DNA of 64,000 bases from a bacterium (GCA_031551405.1 JAVBNQ010000006.1:1-64000), one strand, 5' to 3'; numbered from the stretch's first letter, positions 9,974-21,677 are shown. Made by a program: numbers and translations. The notes: generated from the sequence alone by a model not told the origin.

Positions 9974-10933
9974 ATGAAAAAAGGAGGAATATTTCTTCTT
10001 CTAAGTTTTTTTGTTTTTTCATTCATTTATGCTGCGGATCCTGCGAATAAAGTAATAGCCAAAGTTGGAAATGAGCCTATTCTTATATCTGATTTAGATG
10101 AAATTACTAAGCCGCTCATCGAACAATACAAAAAAGTAAATCCTGATTTTTTAAAGAATGATGGAGAAAAAACTTTAAAACAGAATGTTTTAAATCAAAT
10201 GATCGATGAAAAAATTGCGCTTCAAGAGGCAAAAAAACAGAAATTGACGGTCTCAAAACGAAAAGAAGAAAGCGCTTATTCTGAAATAAAAAGCAGATTT
10301 AAAGATGAGGCTGAATTTAAAAAGGAATTAGCAAACCTCAATATTTCTGAGGCAAAATTTAAAGAAAAAATAAATAATCAATTGTTAGTAATGGAGCTTA
10401 TTGATAAGGAAGTAAAAAATAAACAAGTTGAGCCAGCCGAAGAAGAACTAAGAAAATATTATACCGAGCACGAAAAAGAAATGGTGGAGCCAGAAGCTGT
10501 AAAAATTAGACATATTTTAATAAAAGTTGAATCAGAAAAAGATGATAAAGACGGGCTTAAGAAAATTAAAGATATAAAAGTGAAACTTGATAAAGGCGGA
10601 GATTTCGCAGCTTTAGCCGCAAAATACTCAGATGACAAAGTAAGTTCTGAACGAGGTGGAGATATCGGCCTATTTATGAAAGGGCAAATGGTTAAGGAGT
10701 TTGAAGATGCGGCTTTCAAATTGAACGTAGGACAAATAAGCGACGTTATAAAAACAAAATATGGATATCACATTTTGAGATGCGACGAGAAAAGATTGGA
10801 GCAGAAAAAAACGTTTGATGAAGTTAAAAATTATCTAAAGCAATATTTATATCAGACAAAATTAGAGCAGGATTTGAAGGATTATATCGCGAAACTAAAA
10901 ACAAAAACTAATATTGTTATCAACGAACTTTAA
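9974..10933 (+). CDS. SurA/PrsA-like chaperone with parvulin domain
   Basis: Signal peptide, SurA_N-like VIAKVGNEPI, RHILI, GGDIG, MVKEFEDAAF, YGYHIL. Confidence 0.88.
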   Translation: MKKGGIFLLLSFFVFSFIYAADPANKVIAKVGNEPILISDLDEITKPLIEQYKKVNPDFLKNDGEKTLKQNVLNQMIDEKIALQEAKKQKLTVSKRKEESAYSEIKSRFKDEAEFKKELANLNISEAKFKEKINNQLLVMELIDKEVKNKQVEPAEEELRKYYTEHEKEMVEPEAVKIRHILIKVESEKDDKDGLKKIKDIKVKLDKGGDFAALAAKYSDDKVSSERGGDIGLFMKGQMVKEFEDAAFKLNVGQISDVIKTKYGYHILRCDEKRLEQKKTFDEVKNYLKQYLYQTKLEQDLKDYIAKLKTKTNIVINEL

Positions 10934-10963
10934 TTTGTAAAGGTAAAAAATTCGATATCATCT

Positions 10964-10998
10964 AAAATAAGTCAAGCAACAATGCTTGACTTATTTTT
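10964..10998 (+). terminator. Rho-independent terminator
   Basis: Perfect 15-bp inverted repeat AAAATAAGTCAAGCA / TGCTTGACTTATTTT. Confidence 0.85.
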
Positions 10999-11076
10999 AT
11001 TTACGAAAAGTAGTTTCTTTTAAAAAATTTCTTCCAGCTAGAACCCATTCAAAATTCTACAAAAAATCTATCAAAA

Positions 11077-11775
11077 ATGATCCAAAAACTTGAAATAACT
11101 TTGTCGAAAAAAGTCGGAGAAGCATTACATAAATATAAAATGCTAGACGGAAATAATACAATCGTAGTCGCGATGTCTGGCGGCAAAGATAGCTTTGCAC
11201 TTTTGGATCTTCTCTATAAAAAACGAAAATATTTGAAAATAAAATATGATTTAGTTGCTGTTCACATAGATTTCGGAATCGACGAAATTGAAGTGAAAAA
11301 TATTTTGGATTTCTGCGAGAGACGAAGTGTTCAGTGTATAATTCATAAAGAAAATTTAAAAATTGAAGAAAATAGAATGATCAATTGTTTTTATTGTTCA
11401 TGGATTCGTCGGACAGCTCTTTTTAAATTTATGAAAGAATTCGGATTTAAAAAATTGGCTCTCGGGCATCATATGAATGACGCAGTTGAAACGCTTTTCT
11501 TGAATCTTTTTTACCAAAGCAAATTCGAGTCATTTATCCCCAATACTAAATTTTTTAATGGAGAATTTAATTTGATTAGGCCTTTAATTTTGTGCAAGAA
11601 TTCGGATATAAAAAAGTATGCTATTTTAAACAATTTCCCGATACAAAATCATAAATGTCCTTATGGAATTATAAGTCAGCGAAATAAGATCAGGAAAGTT
11701 CTGGAAAAAATTGACAAAAAAAATGATAAAATTTTGACGAATATTTTTGCAAGTTTAGAGAAGAATATTGATTGA
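11077..11775 (+). CDS. ttcA: tRNA 2-thiocytidine biosynthesis protein TtcA family
   Basis: SGGKDS PP-loop, CFYCSWIRR, LALGHHMND, IRPL, CPY. Confidence 0.82.
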   Translation: MIQKLEITLSKKVGEALHKYKMLDGNNTIVVAMSGGKDSFALLDLLYKKRKYLKIKYDLVAVHIDFGIDEIEVKNILDFCERRSVQCIIHKENLKIEENRMINCFYCSWIRRTALFKFMKEFGFKKLALGHHMNDAVETLFLNLFYQSKFESFIPNTKFFNGEFNLIRPLILCKNSDIKKYAILNNFPIQNHKCPYGIISQRNKIRKVLEKIDKKNDKILTNIFASLEKNID

Positions 11776-11817
11776 CAAAATTAAAAAACTTATGTAAAAA
11801 GTCCTCGGAGAAAACAA

Positions 11818-12600
11818 ATGAATAAAAAATATTCGAAGGAAACTTCAAAAGTTTTAAATAAAATTTATGAGTTCCAAAAAAGAGAAAAAACAATTTATAA
11901 CGAACTTTTTCTCCCGGCTTTGAAGTTGGAAGAGCTAGGCTTGAAAGATACAATTGTATTTTTTGGTTCATCGATGATTATTAATACTGACGTATTGACT
12001 TGCGCATTGCTCAAACCTCAAAGTGAAAGAACTGAAAAAGAACAGAATTTGATAAAACTGAACCAGTATTACATTGACGCTGAGATTTTGGCTGAAAAAT
12101 TGACGAACTGGCTGTTAGAAAAATTCAATGGAAATAATCATTGCGTGATTTGTTCCGGAGGCGGACCTGGACTAATGGAAGCCGCAAATAAAGGCGCGAA
12201 AAAAGCTGGCGGAAAAAGCATTGGTTTTAATATAAAAATTCCTTTCGAACAAACATCAAATATTTATCAATCAGAAGAAATGAAGTTTATGTTCCATTAC
12301 TTTTTTATGAGGAAATACTGGTTTTCATATTTGGCGCGAGCGGTTGTGGTTTTTCCGGGAGGATTTGGGACGCTTGATGAATTATTCGAATTTTACACAT
12401 TAATGGTTACAAAAAAAGCTAAACGAAAAATACCAATTATTCTCTTCGGCAAAGAGTTTTGGAATAGTGTAATTAATTTTGAAACATTGTTAAAATGGGG
12501 AACAATTCCGGAAAGGTTTCGTAAAATAATAAATATCCAAGATGATGTTGACGAGGTTTTTGAATTTTTGAAAGAAAATACTGTTTTTTCAGAGGAATAA
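11818..12600 (+). CDS. LOG family protein (nucleotide phosphoribohydrolase; often mis-annotated lysine decarboxylase)
   Basis: FFGSS, SGGGPGLMEAANKGA, FHYFFMRK, PGGFGTLDE. Confidence 0.88.
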   Translation: MNKKYSKETSKVLNKIYEFQKREKTIYNELFLPALKLEELGLKDTIVFFGSSMIINTDVLTCALLKPQSERTEKEQNLIKLNQYYIDAEILAEKLTNWLLEKFNGNNHCVICSGGGPGLMEAANKGAKKAGGKSIGFNIKIPFEQTSNIYQSEEMKFMFHYFFMRKYWFSYLARAVVVFPGGFGTLDELFEFYTLMVTKKAKRKIPIILFGKEFWNSVINFETLLKWGTIPERFRKIINIQDDVDEVFEFLKENTVFSEE

Positions 12601-13677
12601 ATGTATAAAATTTTATATTTGACAACTGAAAAGCTAGAGGGTATTGATCTTTTGAAAGAAGATTTTGGAAAATTAGATTTTGAACTCGAGATACAAACAG
12701 TTTTAGATAAAAAAATTTGTCAAAAATCAAGAAATTTTGATTTTGTTTTGATTGATTTTGAGGTTGAAAATTTTGATGTTTTGAAATGCTTTATTGAAAG
12801 TGGTTTTATTGTAATGCTTTTGCAGGGATGTGAATGTAAAAATTATAATCAAGCTCAGCTTGACGACAAAAAAATAAAATATATTCCGTCAGATTTTTTT
12901 TGGAATTGCTTGAATTACAATCTAAATTTACTCAAAATTGAGCTTGAAAATTTTAAAAAAATTAAAGATTTAGAGCTAAAAAATTTTGATATGGAAAATT
13001 TCATTTATTCGGCGTTTCATGACTTGAAGACTCCTCTTTTTACTTTGCAAGGTTTTTTGGCGAATTTTAAAGAAAAATACTATGAAAAACTCGACGAGCA
13101 AGGCGTAAAATATTTAATGTCGATTTCGAATAGCGCTAAACGTCTTGCGAAAATGATCAACGACGTGTTTGAATTTTTTAGATTCGAGAAAGTCGATTAC
13201 AAATTTGAAAAAGTGAATGTTTTGTATAATTTACGAGTTGCGCTCGACGAAATTCAAGTGCTTTTAGAAGATGACGACATAGTCATAAATTTGGTTGGTT
13301 TTGAAAATAAAGACGTTTTTGTCAAGGCGCACAATTTGTTTTTGACAAAAGTTTGGGTTAATCTATTGACGAACGCGATTAAATATCGGAAAGATAATGA
13401 GAAACTCGTTATCAATATAGGTGTTAATGACGTGAAGCCAAATTTTTACGAGTTTTTTGTCGAGGACAATGGAATCGGGATTGATTCGAAATTACATAAT
13501 TTCATCTTCGAACTTTTCACGAGAATAAAAGAAAAAGATGAGGAAGGCACCGGAGTCGGGCTTTCTATCGTCAAGAAAATCATAACTAAACATAATGGAA
13601 AAATTTGGCTTGAATCACAAAAAAATATCGGAACAAAATTTTATTTTACTTTGCCGAAATACGAAATAGAAAATTGA
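12601..13677 (+). CDS. Cytoplasmic histidine kinase with degenerate N-terminal receiver-like region
   Basis: H-box AFHDLKTPL, N-box NLLTNAIKY, DNGIGI, GTGVGL, GTKFYF; no TM segment. Confidence 0.88.
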   Translation: MYKILYLTTEKLEGIDLLKEDFGKLDFELEIQTVLDKKICQKSRNFDFVLIDFEVENFDVLKCFIESGFIVMLLQGCECKNYNQAQLDDKKIKYIPSDFFWNCLNYNLNLLKIELENFKKIKDLELKNFDMENFIYSAFHDLKTPLFTLQGFLANFKEKYYEKLDEQGVKYLMSISNSAKRLAKMINDVFEFFRFEKVDYKFEKVNVLYNLRVALDEIQVLLEDDDIVINLVGFENKDVFVKAHNLFLTKVWVNLLTNAIKYRKDNEKLVINIGVNDVKPNFYEFFVEDNGIGIDSKLHNFIFELFTRIKEKDEEGTGVGLSIVKKIITKHNGKIWLESQKNIGTKFYFTLPKYEIEN

Positions 13678-13699
13678 TTCGAAAAATTACGAGGGAAAA

Positions 13700-14455
13700 A
13701 TGGAATTTGGAAAAATTTTAAAAGAGAAAAGAGAAACACAGAATTTAGACATAAAACAAATTTCAAGAGAGCTAAAAATAAAGGCTGAGTATTTGCAGGC
13801 TTTTGAAAATGAAGATTTTGAAGCTATGCCAAATGAGCCTTACTGCTTAGGATTTTTAAAAAATTACGCTAATTTTTTAAATTTAGAAGCCAATAAAGTT
13901 TTGGAGCTTTATAACGAGAGTAGAAAAGTTTTCTATTCTGAAGATATCGACGAGGATGCAGATGTTTGCGACCAAAATAGCGAGAACAAATTTGGTGAAA
14001 GTTCTAAGCAAATTTTTAGAAAAATTGCGACAAATCGTCTACTATTTTTTTATATTTTATCCGGGCTTTTGAGCGTTTTCATAGTTTTGTATTCTTGGAT
14101 TTTTTGTGCAAAAATAAAAAATTTTTGCGAAAATTTTGCGCACAATGAAATACAAAAAACAAATTTTATTGAGCTACAAAATAATTTAGAACCAGCTTAT
14201 ATTCTCGAAATCAACCTTAAAAAAGCTTGCTGGCTTAAAATTGAAATCGACGGTAAAATAGTGTTGCAGGAAACCGTCAAAGATCAAAATGTTTTGAAAT
14301 TTCTTGTAAATCGAGATTTGAAAGTTGTGGTTGGGGATTTTAATAACGTGACAGCAAAATTTAACAATAAGCCTTTGAAAATTTTTCAGGTTTCTACTGC
14401 GAAAAACGTTGGTTATGTCGCTGTAAATTCAGAAAAAATAAAGGATTTTCAATAA
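13700..14455 (+). CDS. rodZ: RodZ-like helix-turn-helix membrane protein
   Basis: FGKILKEKRE..L..ISRELKI, GFLKNYA HTH; single TM; C-terminal DUF4115-like CWLKIEIDGK. Confidence 0.78.
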   Translation: MEFGKILKEKRETQNLDIKQISRELKIKAEYLQAFENEDFEAMPNEPYCLGFLKNYANFLNLEANKVLELYNESRKVFYSEDIDEDADVCDQNSENKFGESSKQIFRKIATNRLLFFYILSGLLSVFIVLYSWIFCAKIKNFCENFAHNEIQKTNFIELQNNLEPAYILEINLKKACWLKIEIDGKIVLQETVKDQNVLKFLVNRDLKVVVGDFNNVTAKFNNKPLKIFQVSTAKNVGYVAVNSEKIKDFQ

Positions 14456-14460
14456 GCATA

Positions 14461-15189
14461 ATGAAAAAATTAGTTTTTTTATTTTTATTTTTTAGTCTTA
14501 CCATTTTTTCTGCAGCCAGTTCGCTAAATAAACCAGATGGATATATTCTTGATGACGCAGGAATTTTGAGTCAAGACGTGAAAAATTACCTCAACAAAGT
14601 CGCTTACAATTTGGAGTCAAAAACTAGCGCTGAAATAGCGGTTGCAACGATAAAATCTCTCGATGGAAAAAGTATTGAGGAATGTGCCGTAAAACTTTTT
14701 GAAGATTGGAAAATCGGAAAAAAAGGCAAAGATAATGGCGTTTTATTGCTAATCTCGAAAAATGATCGAGCGCTCAGAATAGAAGTAGGATACGGTCTTG
14801 AGGGTTCGCTTACCGACGCTAAGTGTAGTGAAATCATTCGAAATAAAATTGTGCCACATTTTAGGCGTAATGATTTCAACGGTGGAATTGACGAGGGATT
14901 TATAAATATCGTTCGAATCATTGCCAAAGAGTATAATCTCGACGAAAAAGAATTGTCCGAGGATTTTAGCGAGAAATACAGTGATGATGAAGTTTTGGCT
15001 AATAAAATTGCTGCTGTCGTAGGAATTTTAATAATTTTAATAATAATGTTTTTTAGAATATTTACTAACGCTTTTTCTGTCGGTGGCGGTTTTCGAGGTG
15101 GAGGTCGAGGCGGTTTTGGCGGAGGAAATTTTGGCGGTGGGTTTGGTGGCGGAAGAAGTGGCGGCGGCGGATCCAGCGGAAGTTGGTAA
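14461..15189 (+). CDS. TPM domain protein (YgcG-like)
   Basis: DDAGILS, EIAVATI, WKIGKKGKDNGVLL, RIEVGYGLEG, TM and Gly-rich tail ending GGSSGSW. Confidence 0.9.
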   Translation: MKKLVFLFLFFSLTIFSAASSLNKPDGYILDDAGILSQDVKNYLNKVAYNLESKTSAEIAVATIKSLDGKSIEECAVKLFEDWKIGKKGKDNGVLLLISKNDRALRIEVGYGLEGSLTDAKCSEIIRNKIVPHFRRNDFNGGIDEGFINIVRIIAKEYNLDEKELSEDFSEKYSDDEVLANKIAAVVGILIILIIMFFRIFTNAFSVGGGFRGGGRGGFGGGNFGGGFGGGRSGGGGSSGSW

Positions 15190-15197
15190 AAAAAAGA

Positions 15198-15240
15198 GCT
15201 TAAGCCAGAATTTACGTTTTATTGTAAATCTGACTTAAGC
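15198..15240. terminator. Hairpin between convergent TPM gene and groEL, probable terminator
   Basis: GCTTAAGCCAGAATTTAC / GTAAATCTGACTTAAGC imperfect inverted repeat, A-run on left (U-tract for the minus strand). Confidence 0.65.
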
Positions 15241-15284
15241 CCAGAATTTATACGTCATAAAAAGTACGTTTTCAGATTCGGAAA

Positions 15285-16922
<1,638 letters not shown>

Positions 16923-16951
16923 TTAAGCCTCCAAATTTAATTTTTACAAAT

Positions 16952-17236
16952 TTATTTTACAAACAAAATATTGTCTTCTGAAATAATCGTATATTTTTCA
17001 TCGTCAATTTTTACTTCTCTGCCAGAATACTTTTCAAACAAAACGATTTCTCCGACTTTCACATTCATCGGAATAATTTCGCCTTTTTTATTTTTTTTGC
17101 CGGGCCCAACGAGAATTACTGTTCCTTCTTGCGGTTTTTCTTTGGCTGTGTCTGGAATAATGATTCCTCCGACTTTTACTTCTTTTGGCTCGTCAATTTT
17201 CACCAAAACATTGTCGTTTAATAATCTGCCTTTCAT
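16952..17236 (-). CDS. groS: Co-chaperonin GroES
   Basis: GGIIIPDTAKEKPQEG, VGPGK; SD GGAGG. Confidence 0.97.
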   Translation of the reverse strand: MKGRLLNDNVLVKIDEPKEVKVGGIIIPDTAKEKPQEGTVILVGPGKKNKKGEIIPMNVKVGEIVLFEKYSGREVKIDDEKYTIISEDNILFVK

Positions 17237-17293
17237 TTGTTTCCTCCTTTTTTGGCAATATTTAACGCTAAAATATTAAAAATCTTATGAATT

Positions 17294-17320
17294 TTAGCGG
17301 TCTTTGCTTTTGAGCGCTAA
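17294..17320 (-). promoter_or_regulatory. CIRCE-like HrcA operator
   Basis: Minus strand TTAGCGCTC-N9-GACCGCTAA versus consensus TTAGCACTC-N9-GAGTGCTAA, immediately downstream of the groES -10. Confidence 0.8.
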
Positions 17321-17348
17321 GTATACATTCAAACTTTTTTTTTGTCAA
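17320..17348 (-). promoter_or_regulatory. Sigma70-type promoter of groES-groEL
   Basis: Minus strand TTGACA (17348-17343), 17 bp, TATACT (17325-17320). Confidence 0.75.
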
Positions 17349-17482
17349 ATTTTTTTATTTTACTGTCACGGAAAAGTAAAAATGCTTATTTTTCAGAGTA
17401 AAATTTAGAATTTCAAACTAAATTTACCTTACACAATTTTTAATTTTTATGTGAATTTTGAGAATAATTTGCTGCAAAGGAG

Positions 17483-19336
17483 CTAGAAATTATTTAACAT
17501 TTCTTTGAATTTTTGCGTCTCGGATTCTAAGTTTTTATATAATTCGTCGAGAGTTTTATAGTTTTCGTCGATAATTTTTTTTAGAATTCCGATTTTTTGC
17601 GAATTATTTTTTATAATTTCAATATTTTTTGCTTCTGACGCAGTGATTAAATCATGATTTAAATTTTCTAATTCTTTGTCTTGAGATTCCAAAGTTTTCT
17701 CAATTTCAGCAATTTTTTCATTGATTGGAACTAAAATTTTTGATTTTGCGTTAATAATCTCTGCCTTTTTTTTCTTCAAATCTTTTTTATAGACGTTTTT
17801 GTCCAGATTTTTTTGTTTATTCGATTTTAATTGGAGTTCTTCTCGCTCGCTCTGCCAACCAATTTTTTCCAAAAATTCTTGATAAGTCCCATAAAAAATT
17901 TTGATTTCGTCATCATCAAAAATGACGAGAGTATTGGCAAAATTATTCAAATACATTTCGTTGTGAGTGACCATTACGACAGCTCCTGGAAAATCGAGTA
18001 TCGCTTCCAAAAGTGCATCAGTTGAATCCAGGTCCAAATGGTTGGTCGGTTCATCCAAAAACAAAAGGTTGCTTGGAGTCAAGAGTATTTTCCCGAGCAT
18101 TACGCGATTTTTTTCGCCACCGGACAAAATTTTAATTTTCTTAAGCGCTGCGTCGCCTGAAAACATCATTTGGCCGGCGACATTTCTTGCTTTCTGAATT
18201 GAATTGTCCGGGTCAGATGCCAAAAGTTCATCTAAAATAGTTTTCTCTTGGACGAGATTTTCGAGGTTTGTTTGCCCGAAATATGCGGATTTAACGTTAT
18301 TGTGCCTAGCAATTTTTCCGGAATCCGGAGTCAAAATCCCGGTCAAAAGTTTGAGAAGAGTAGATTTCCCGCGTCCATTTTTACCTATGATTGCGATTCT
18401 CTGATTTTTGTCGATCGTCAGACTAAATTTCTGTATAATTTTTGGATTGTCGTCTTTTTTATACGAAAACGAAATATCATTTGCTTCGAGCAGCTGCTGA
18501 GCATTGAATCCGGAATAATTGAACGAAAAATCCAAGCTTTCGATTTTTTCAAGTTGATCTTTCACATCAGTTTTTTCGAGGCTCTTGATTCTCGATTGTA
18601 CCATTCCGGCCAGGCGCGCTTTTGCTCTGAATTTCGAGATAAAAATTTCGGTTTGTTTGCGTTTTTTTTCTTCGTTTTGCCTCGTCTTCTCATAAATTTC
18701 TTCTTCTTGCTCAACCTGCTCGTAAAGTTTTTCGGTTGTTCCTTCGATTTTTTTAGCTTTTTGCCTATGAATAAAAACAGTGTGTGAGATGATTCCGTCC
18801 ATGAAATTTCTATCGTGAGTAATCAGCATGATTTCATTTTTCCACGAACGCAAGAAATTTGACAGCCACCTTATCGCGACGATGTCTAAGTAATTGTTCG
18901 GCTCGTCGAGAAGCAAAAGATTTGGTTCGCTGAGAAGAACTTTTGCGAGATTGAGACGGATTTGAAAGCCACCTGAAAAAATGTTTGGATTTTTGTAGAA
19001 ATCCTCGCTCGAAAAGCCTAATCCGGACAAAATCCTTTTTGCTTTCCAGTCGTTATTTTGCTCGTCTGTCGGCAAGCCCAAAGTCGCTTCTTCCAAAATA
19101 GTATTTTGCGAGAACGAAATATGTTGCTGCAAATATCCGATTTTGTAATTTTTTGGAACAACAATATTGCCTGATTCGGGTTCGATCTCTCCTGTAATCA
19201 TTTTGAATAGAGTCGTTTTTCCGTGACCGTTTCTACCGATTAAGCCAATTTTTTCGCCTTTATTTACCCCAAACGAAAAATCTTTGAAAATTGTTTGTCC
19301 GCCGAAATTTTTGTTAATATTTTCAATTTTTATCAT
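17483..19336 (-). CDS. ABC-F family ATP-binding protein
   Basis: Two NBDs (GRNGHGKTT/FSGG/LDEPNN; GKNGRGKST/LSGGE/LDEPTNHLD), no TM, C-terminal coiled coil. Confidence 0.92.
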   Translation of the reverse strand: MIKIENINKNFGGQTIFKDFSFGVNKGEKIGLIGRNGHGKTTLFKMITGEIEPESGNIVVPKNYKIGYLQQHISFSQNTILEEATLGLPTDEQNNDWKAKRILSGLGFSSEDFYKNPNIFSGGFQIRLNLAKVLLSEPNLLLLDEPNNYLDIVAIRWLSNFLRSWKNEIMLITHDRNFMDGIISHTVFIHRQKAKKIEGTTEKLYEQVEQEEEIYEKTRQNEEKKRKQTEIFISKFRAKARLAGMVQSRIKSLEKTDVKDQLEKIESLDFSFNYSGFNAQQLLEANDISFSYKKDDNPKIIQKFSLTIDKNQRIAIIGKNGRGKSTLLKLLTGILTPDSGKIARHNNVKSAYFGQTNLENLVQEKTILDELLASDPDNSIQKARNVAGQMMFSGDAALKKIKILSGGEKNRVMLGKILLTPSNLLFLDEPTNHLDLDSTDALLEAILDFPGAVVMVTHNEMYLNNFANTLVIFDDDEIKIFYGTYQEFLEKIGWQSEREELQLKSNKQKNLDKNVYKKDLKKKKAEIINAKSKILVPINEKIAEIEKTLESQDKELENLNHDLITASEAKNIEIIKNNSQKIGILKKIIDENYKTLDELYKNLESETQKFKEMLNNF

Positions 19337-19366
19337 AATTTTTGCCTTAATTTTTTGATTTTATCT

Positions 19367-20614
19367 TTAAATGTTCAAAGCCTCGACTATTTTTTTAGCA
19401 TTTCCTCTGCTATTTTTCAGAGTTTGTAAGGCTTTATGAATTATGTGGCATCTCTCGTCTTTGAATTTTAAATATCTCGTCATTTGCGCTGTCAATTCCG
19501 TCTCATTTTTGAGTTGGATCGCGCCTTTTGCGTCGATGATTTTTCTTGCGATTTCTTTAAAATTGTTCATGTGCGGCCCAAAAATTACGAGCTTTCCGAG
19601 GCTGAGCGGTTCGATTATATTTTGTCCGCCTTTATCGACTAGACTGCCACCGACAAACACAACGTCAGAGTTTTTATACATTTCGATGAGCGCGCCCATT
19701 GTATCTACCAGCAAAACGTCTGATTCAATAAATTTGATGTTTTTATTTTTTCTCACATCGGATAATTTTAAGTAAGACAAGCTTTTTGAAACCAGCAATT
19801 TTTCAAGCTTTGGAACATTCTCGATATGCCTAGGAGCTAAAATTAGCAGAATATCTGTAATTTCTATTTTCGTTTCAATAAAACTTTGAACAATAAAATT
19901 TTCCTCTCCGCTACGAATGCTTCCGGCTGAAAAAACAGAACGCTTCGCAAAAAGCTTATCTTTCTCGTGATTTATGTCGTTTACGATCTCTAATAAATCA
20001 TATTTTATGTTATCAAAAACTAGAATTTTGTCTTGTTTTACGCCGAGGTTTGCAAATTTTTTTTTGTCTTCTTTCGACTGCGCAAAAATCAAATTAAAAT
20101 TATTAATTAGACTAGAAAAAAAAGTTTTGTACTTCAAATATTTCGGATAGCTTTTGTCGGACAGTCGCGCGTTCAAAAGGTAAACCGGAATGTTCTCGAA
20201 TCTAGCGCCGACTAAATACGATGGCCAAATCTCCGTTTCAATTATCAAAAATTTTGTGATTCGAAATTTATTCAAAAAAAACAAAACCGTCGGAAGAAAG
20301 TCGAACGGTGCATATTTTACGTAAATATTAAACCCGAATTTGTTTATTGCCAGCTCATAGCTCGTTTTTGTGACGAGAGTCAAAAGTATTGGCTGCATAG
20401 TTTTTTTACGAATTTCCTCGATCAGTTTTTCCGCGATTTTTAATTCTCCGACGGAGGCTGCGTGAATCCAAATCGGCTCAGCATTTTCGAGTTGGTAAAG
20501 CCCAAGCCGTTGCTTTAAAACTTCGGTTTCGCGTCTCACAAAAAAATAAATCGCAAAAAAAATTAAAGCAAGAAACCAAAAAAAATTATAAACAAAAAAC
20601 AAAATATAGAACAT
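19367..20614 (-). CDS. waaA: 3-deoxy-D-manno-octulosonic acid (Kdo) transferase
   Basis: WIHAASVGE, ETEIWP, NARLSDKS, APRH, FVGGSL..GGQNIIEP. Confidence 0.92.
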   Translation of the reverse strand: MFYILFFVYNFFWFLALIFFAIYFFVRRETEVLKQRLGLYQLENAEPIWIHAASVGELKIAEKLIEEIRKKTMQPILLTLVTKTSYELAINKFGFNIYVKYAPFDFLPTVLFFLNKFRITKFLIIETEIWPSYLVGARFENIPVYLLNARLSDKSYPKYLKYKTFFSSLINNFNLIFAQSKEDKKKFANLGVKQDKILVFDNIKYDLLEIVNDINHEKDKLFAKRSVFSAGSIRSGEENFIVQSFIETKIEITDILLILAPRHIENVPKLEKLLVSKSLSYLKLSDVRKNKNIKFIESDVLLVDTMGALIEMYKNSDVVFVGGSLVDKGGQNIIEPLSLGKLVIFGPHMNNFKEIARKIIDAKGAIQLKNETELTAQMTRYLKFKDERCHIIHKALQTLKNSRGNAKKIVEALNI

Positions 20615-20615
20615 T

Positions 20616-21677
20616 TTACCCTTCTTTTAACATTTCAAAAATTTTCGTAAAGACGTCTTTCTCGTCGATTAAATCCATGCACAAAAAATATTCGCAATTT
20701 CTTTCGCATTTTTTGCAATCGTGTTTTGAAATTTTTGGTGAAAATACGAAATTATTGCTGGGATTTTTTGAGAAAGGCTGCCACCTTCGAGGGCTGCAGG
20801 CTTTGATTGGCGGGAAAAAACTAACCGTCTTGATGCCGAGCGCTGATGCCAAATGCAACGGTCCGGTCGAGTTGCTGATAAATAAATTTGCGCGGCTTAT
20901 CAAACCCAAAAATTTTCGTAAATCTAATTCTTCATCGAGAAGAAATTTCGAATCTATACCTTTGTTTTTTAAAATTTTTTTGTATTTTGCGAGCTCTGTT
21001 CTATTTCCCGTTGTCAAAATTTTGAGATCCGTTTTTGTTAAAAGTTTGATAAGCTCGAGGAATTTTGAAATCGGCCAATCTTTGCTCGAGCCGCCGCTGC
21101 CGGGATGAATCAGGATGAGTTTGTCAGTTTCAAAAATATTTTTGCTTTTCAGAAAGTTTTTTGTCTCTAAAATTTCATTTTCCGTTATAAAAATTTTTGA
21201 AAAAAATCCATTAAAATTCTGAATGCCGACGGAAGCTAAAAGTTCTAAGTTATATTCAGCCTCGCTTTTCAAACATTTTGAACGATTTTGAATAATTCGA
21301 GTATTGAGGAATAGACTCCAAATTTTTGAAAATGGACCAACCCTCATAGGAATTTTTGCCAGGAACGGATACAAACTTGAGGTCTTATCTACAAAAAGAG
21401 AAATACTCACGTCAAATTTGTTTCTGATTTTTTTTACAAAATCGTGGCTGGAAGTTTTATCGATTAAAATTAATTCGTCGACGAATGGATTGTTTTCAAA
21501 AAGCGGCGCAACAAAACTTTTTATGACAAAAGTGATTTTTGAGTTTTTGTAGGTTTTTTTTATGGCTTCTGCGACGGGGAGAGACAAAACAGTGTCTCCA
21601 ATTTTGTCAGTTCTGAAGATTAAAAATGAAATCTTTTTCTCTTTATTGTCAAAATTGTCAAAAAATTTATGTTCCAT
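20616..21677 (-). CDS. GT9 family LPS heptosyltransferase
   Basis: RTDKIGDTVL, HPGSGG..KDWP, NSTGPLHLASA; start set at ATG 21677 directly after pyrC stop. Confidence 0.87.
   Translation of the reverse strand: MEHKFFDNFDNKEKKISFLIFRTDKIGDTVLSLPVAEAIKKTYKNSKITFVIKSFVAPLFENNPFVDELILIDKTSSHDFVKKIRNKFDVSISLFVDKTSSLYPFLAKIPMRVGPFSKIWSLFLNTRIIQNRSKCLKSEAEYNLELLASVGIQNFNGFFSKIFITENEILETKNFLKSKNIFETDKLILIHPGSGGSSKDWPISKFLELIKLLTKTDLKILTTGNRTELAKYKKILKNKGIDSKFLLDEELDLRKFLGLISRANLFISNSTGPLHLASALGIKTVSFFPPIKACSPRRWQPFSKNPSNNFVFSPKISKHDCKKCERNCEYFLCMDLIDEKDVFTKIFEMLKEG

Noticed and set aside
15079-15186. GC-rich GGN repeat stretch as separate element
   Set aside because: It is the normal Gly-rich tail of TPM/YgcG proteins
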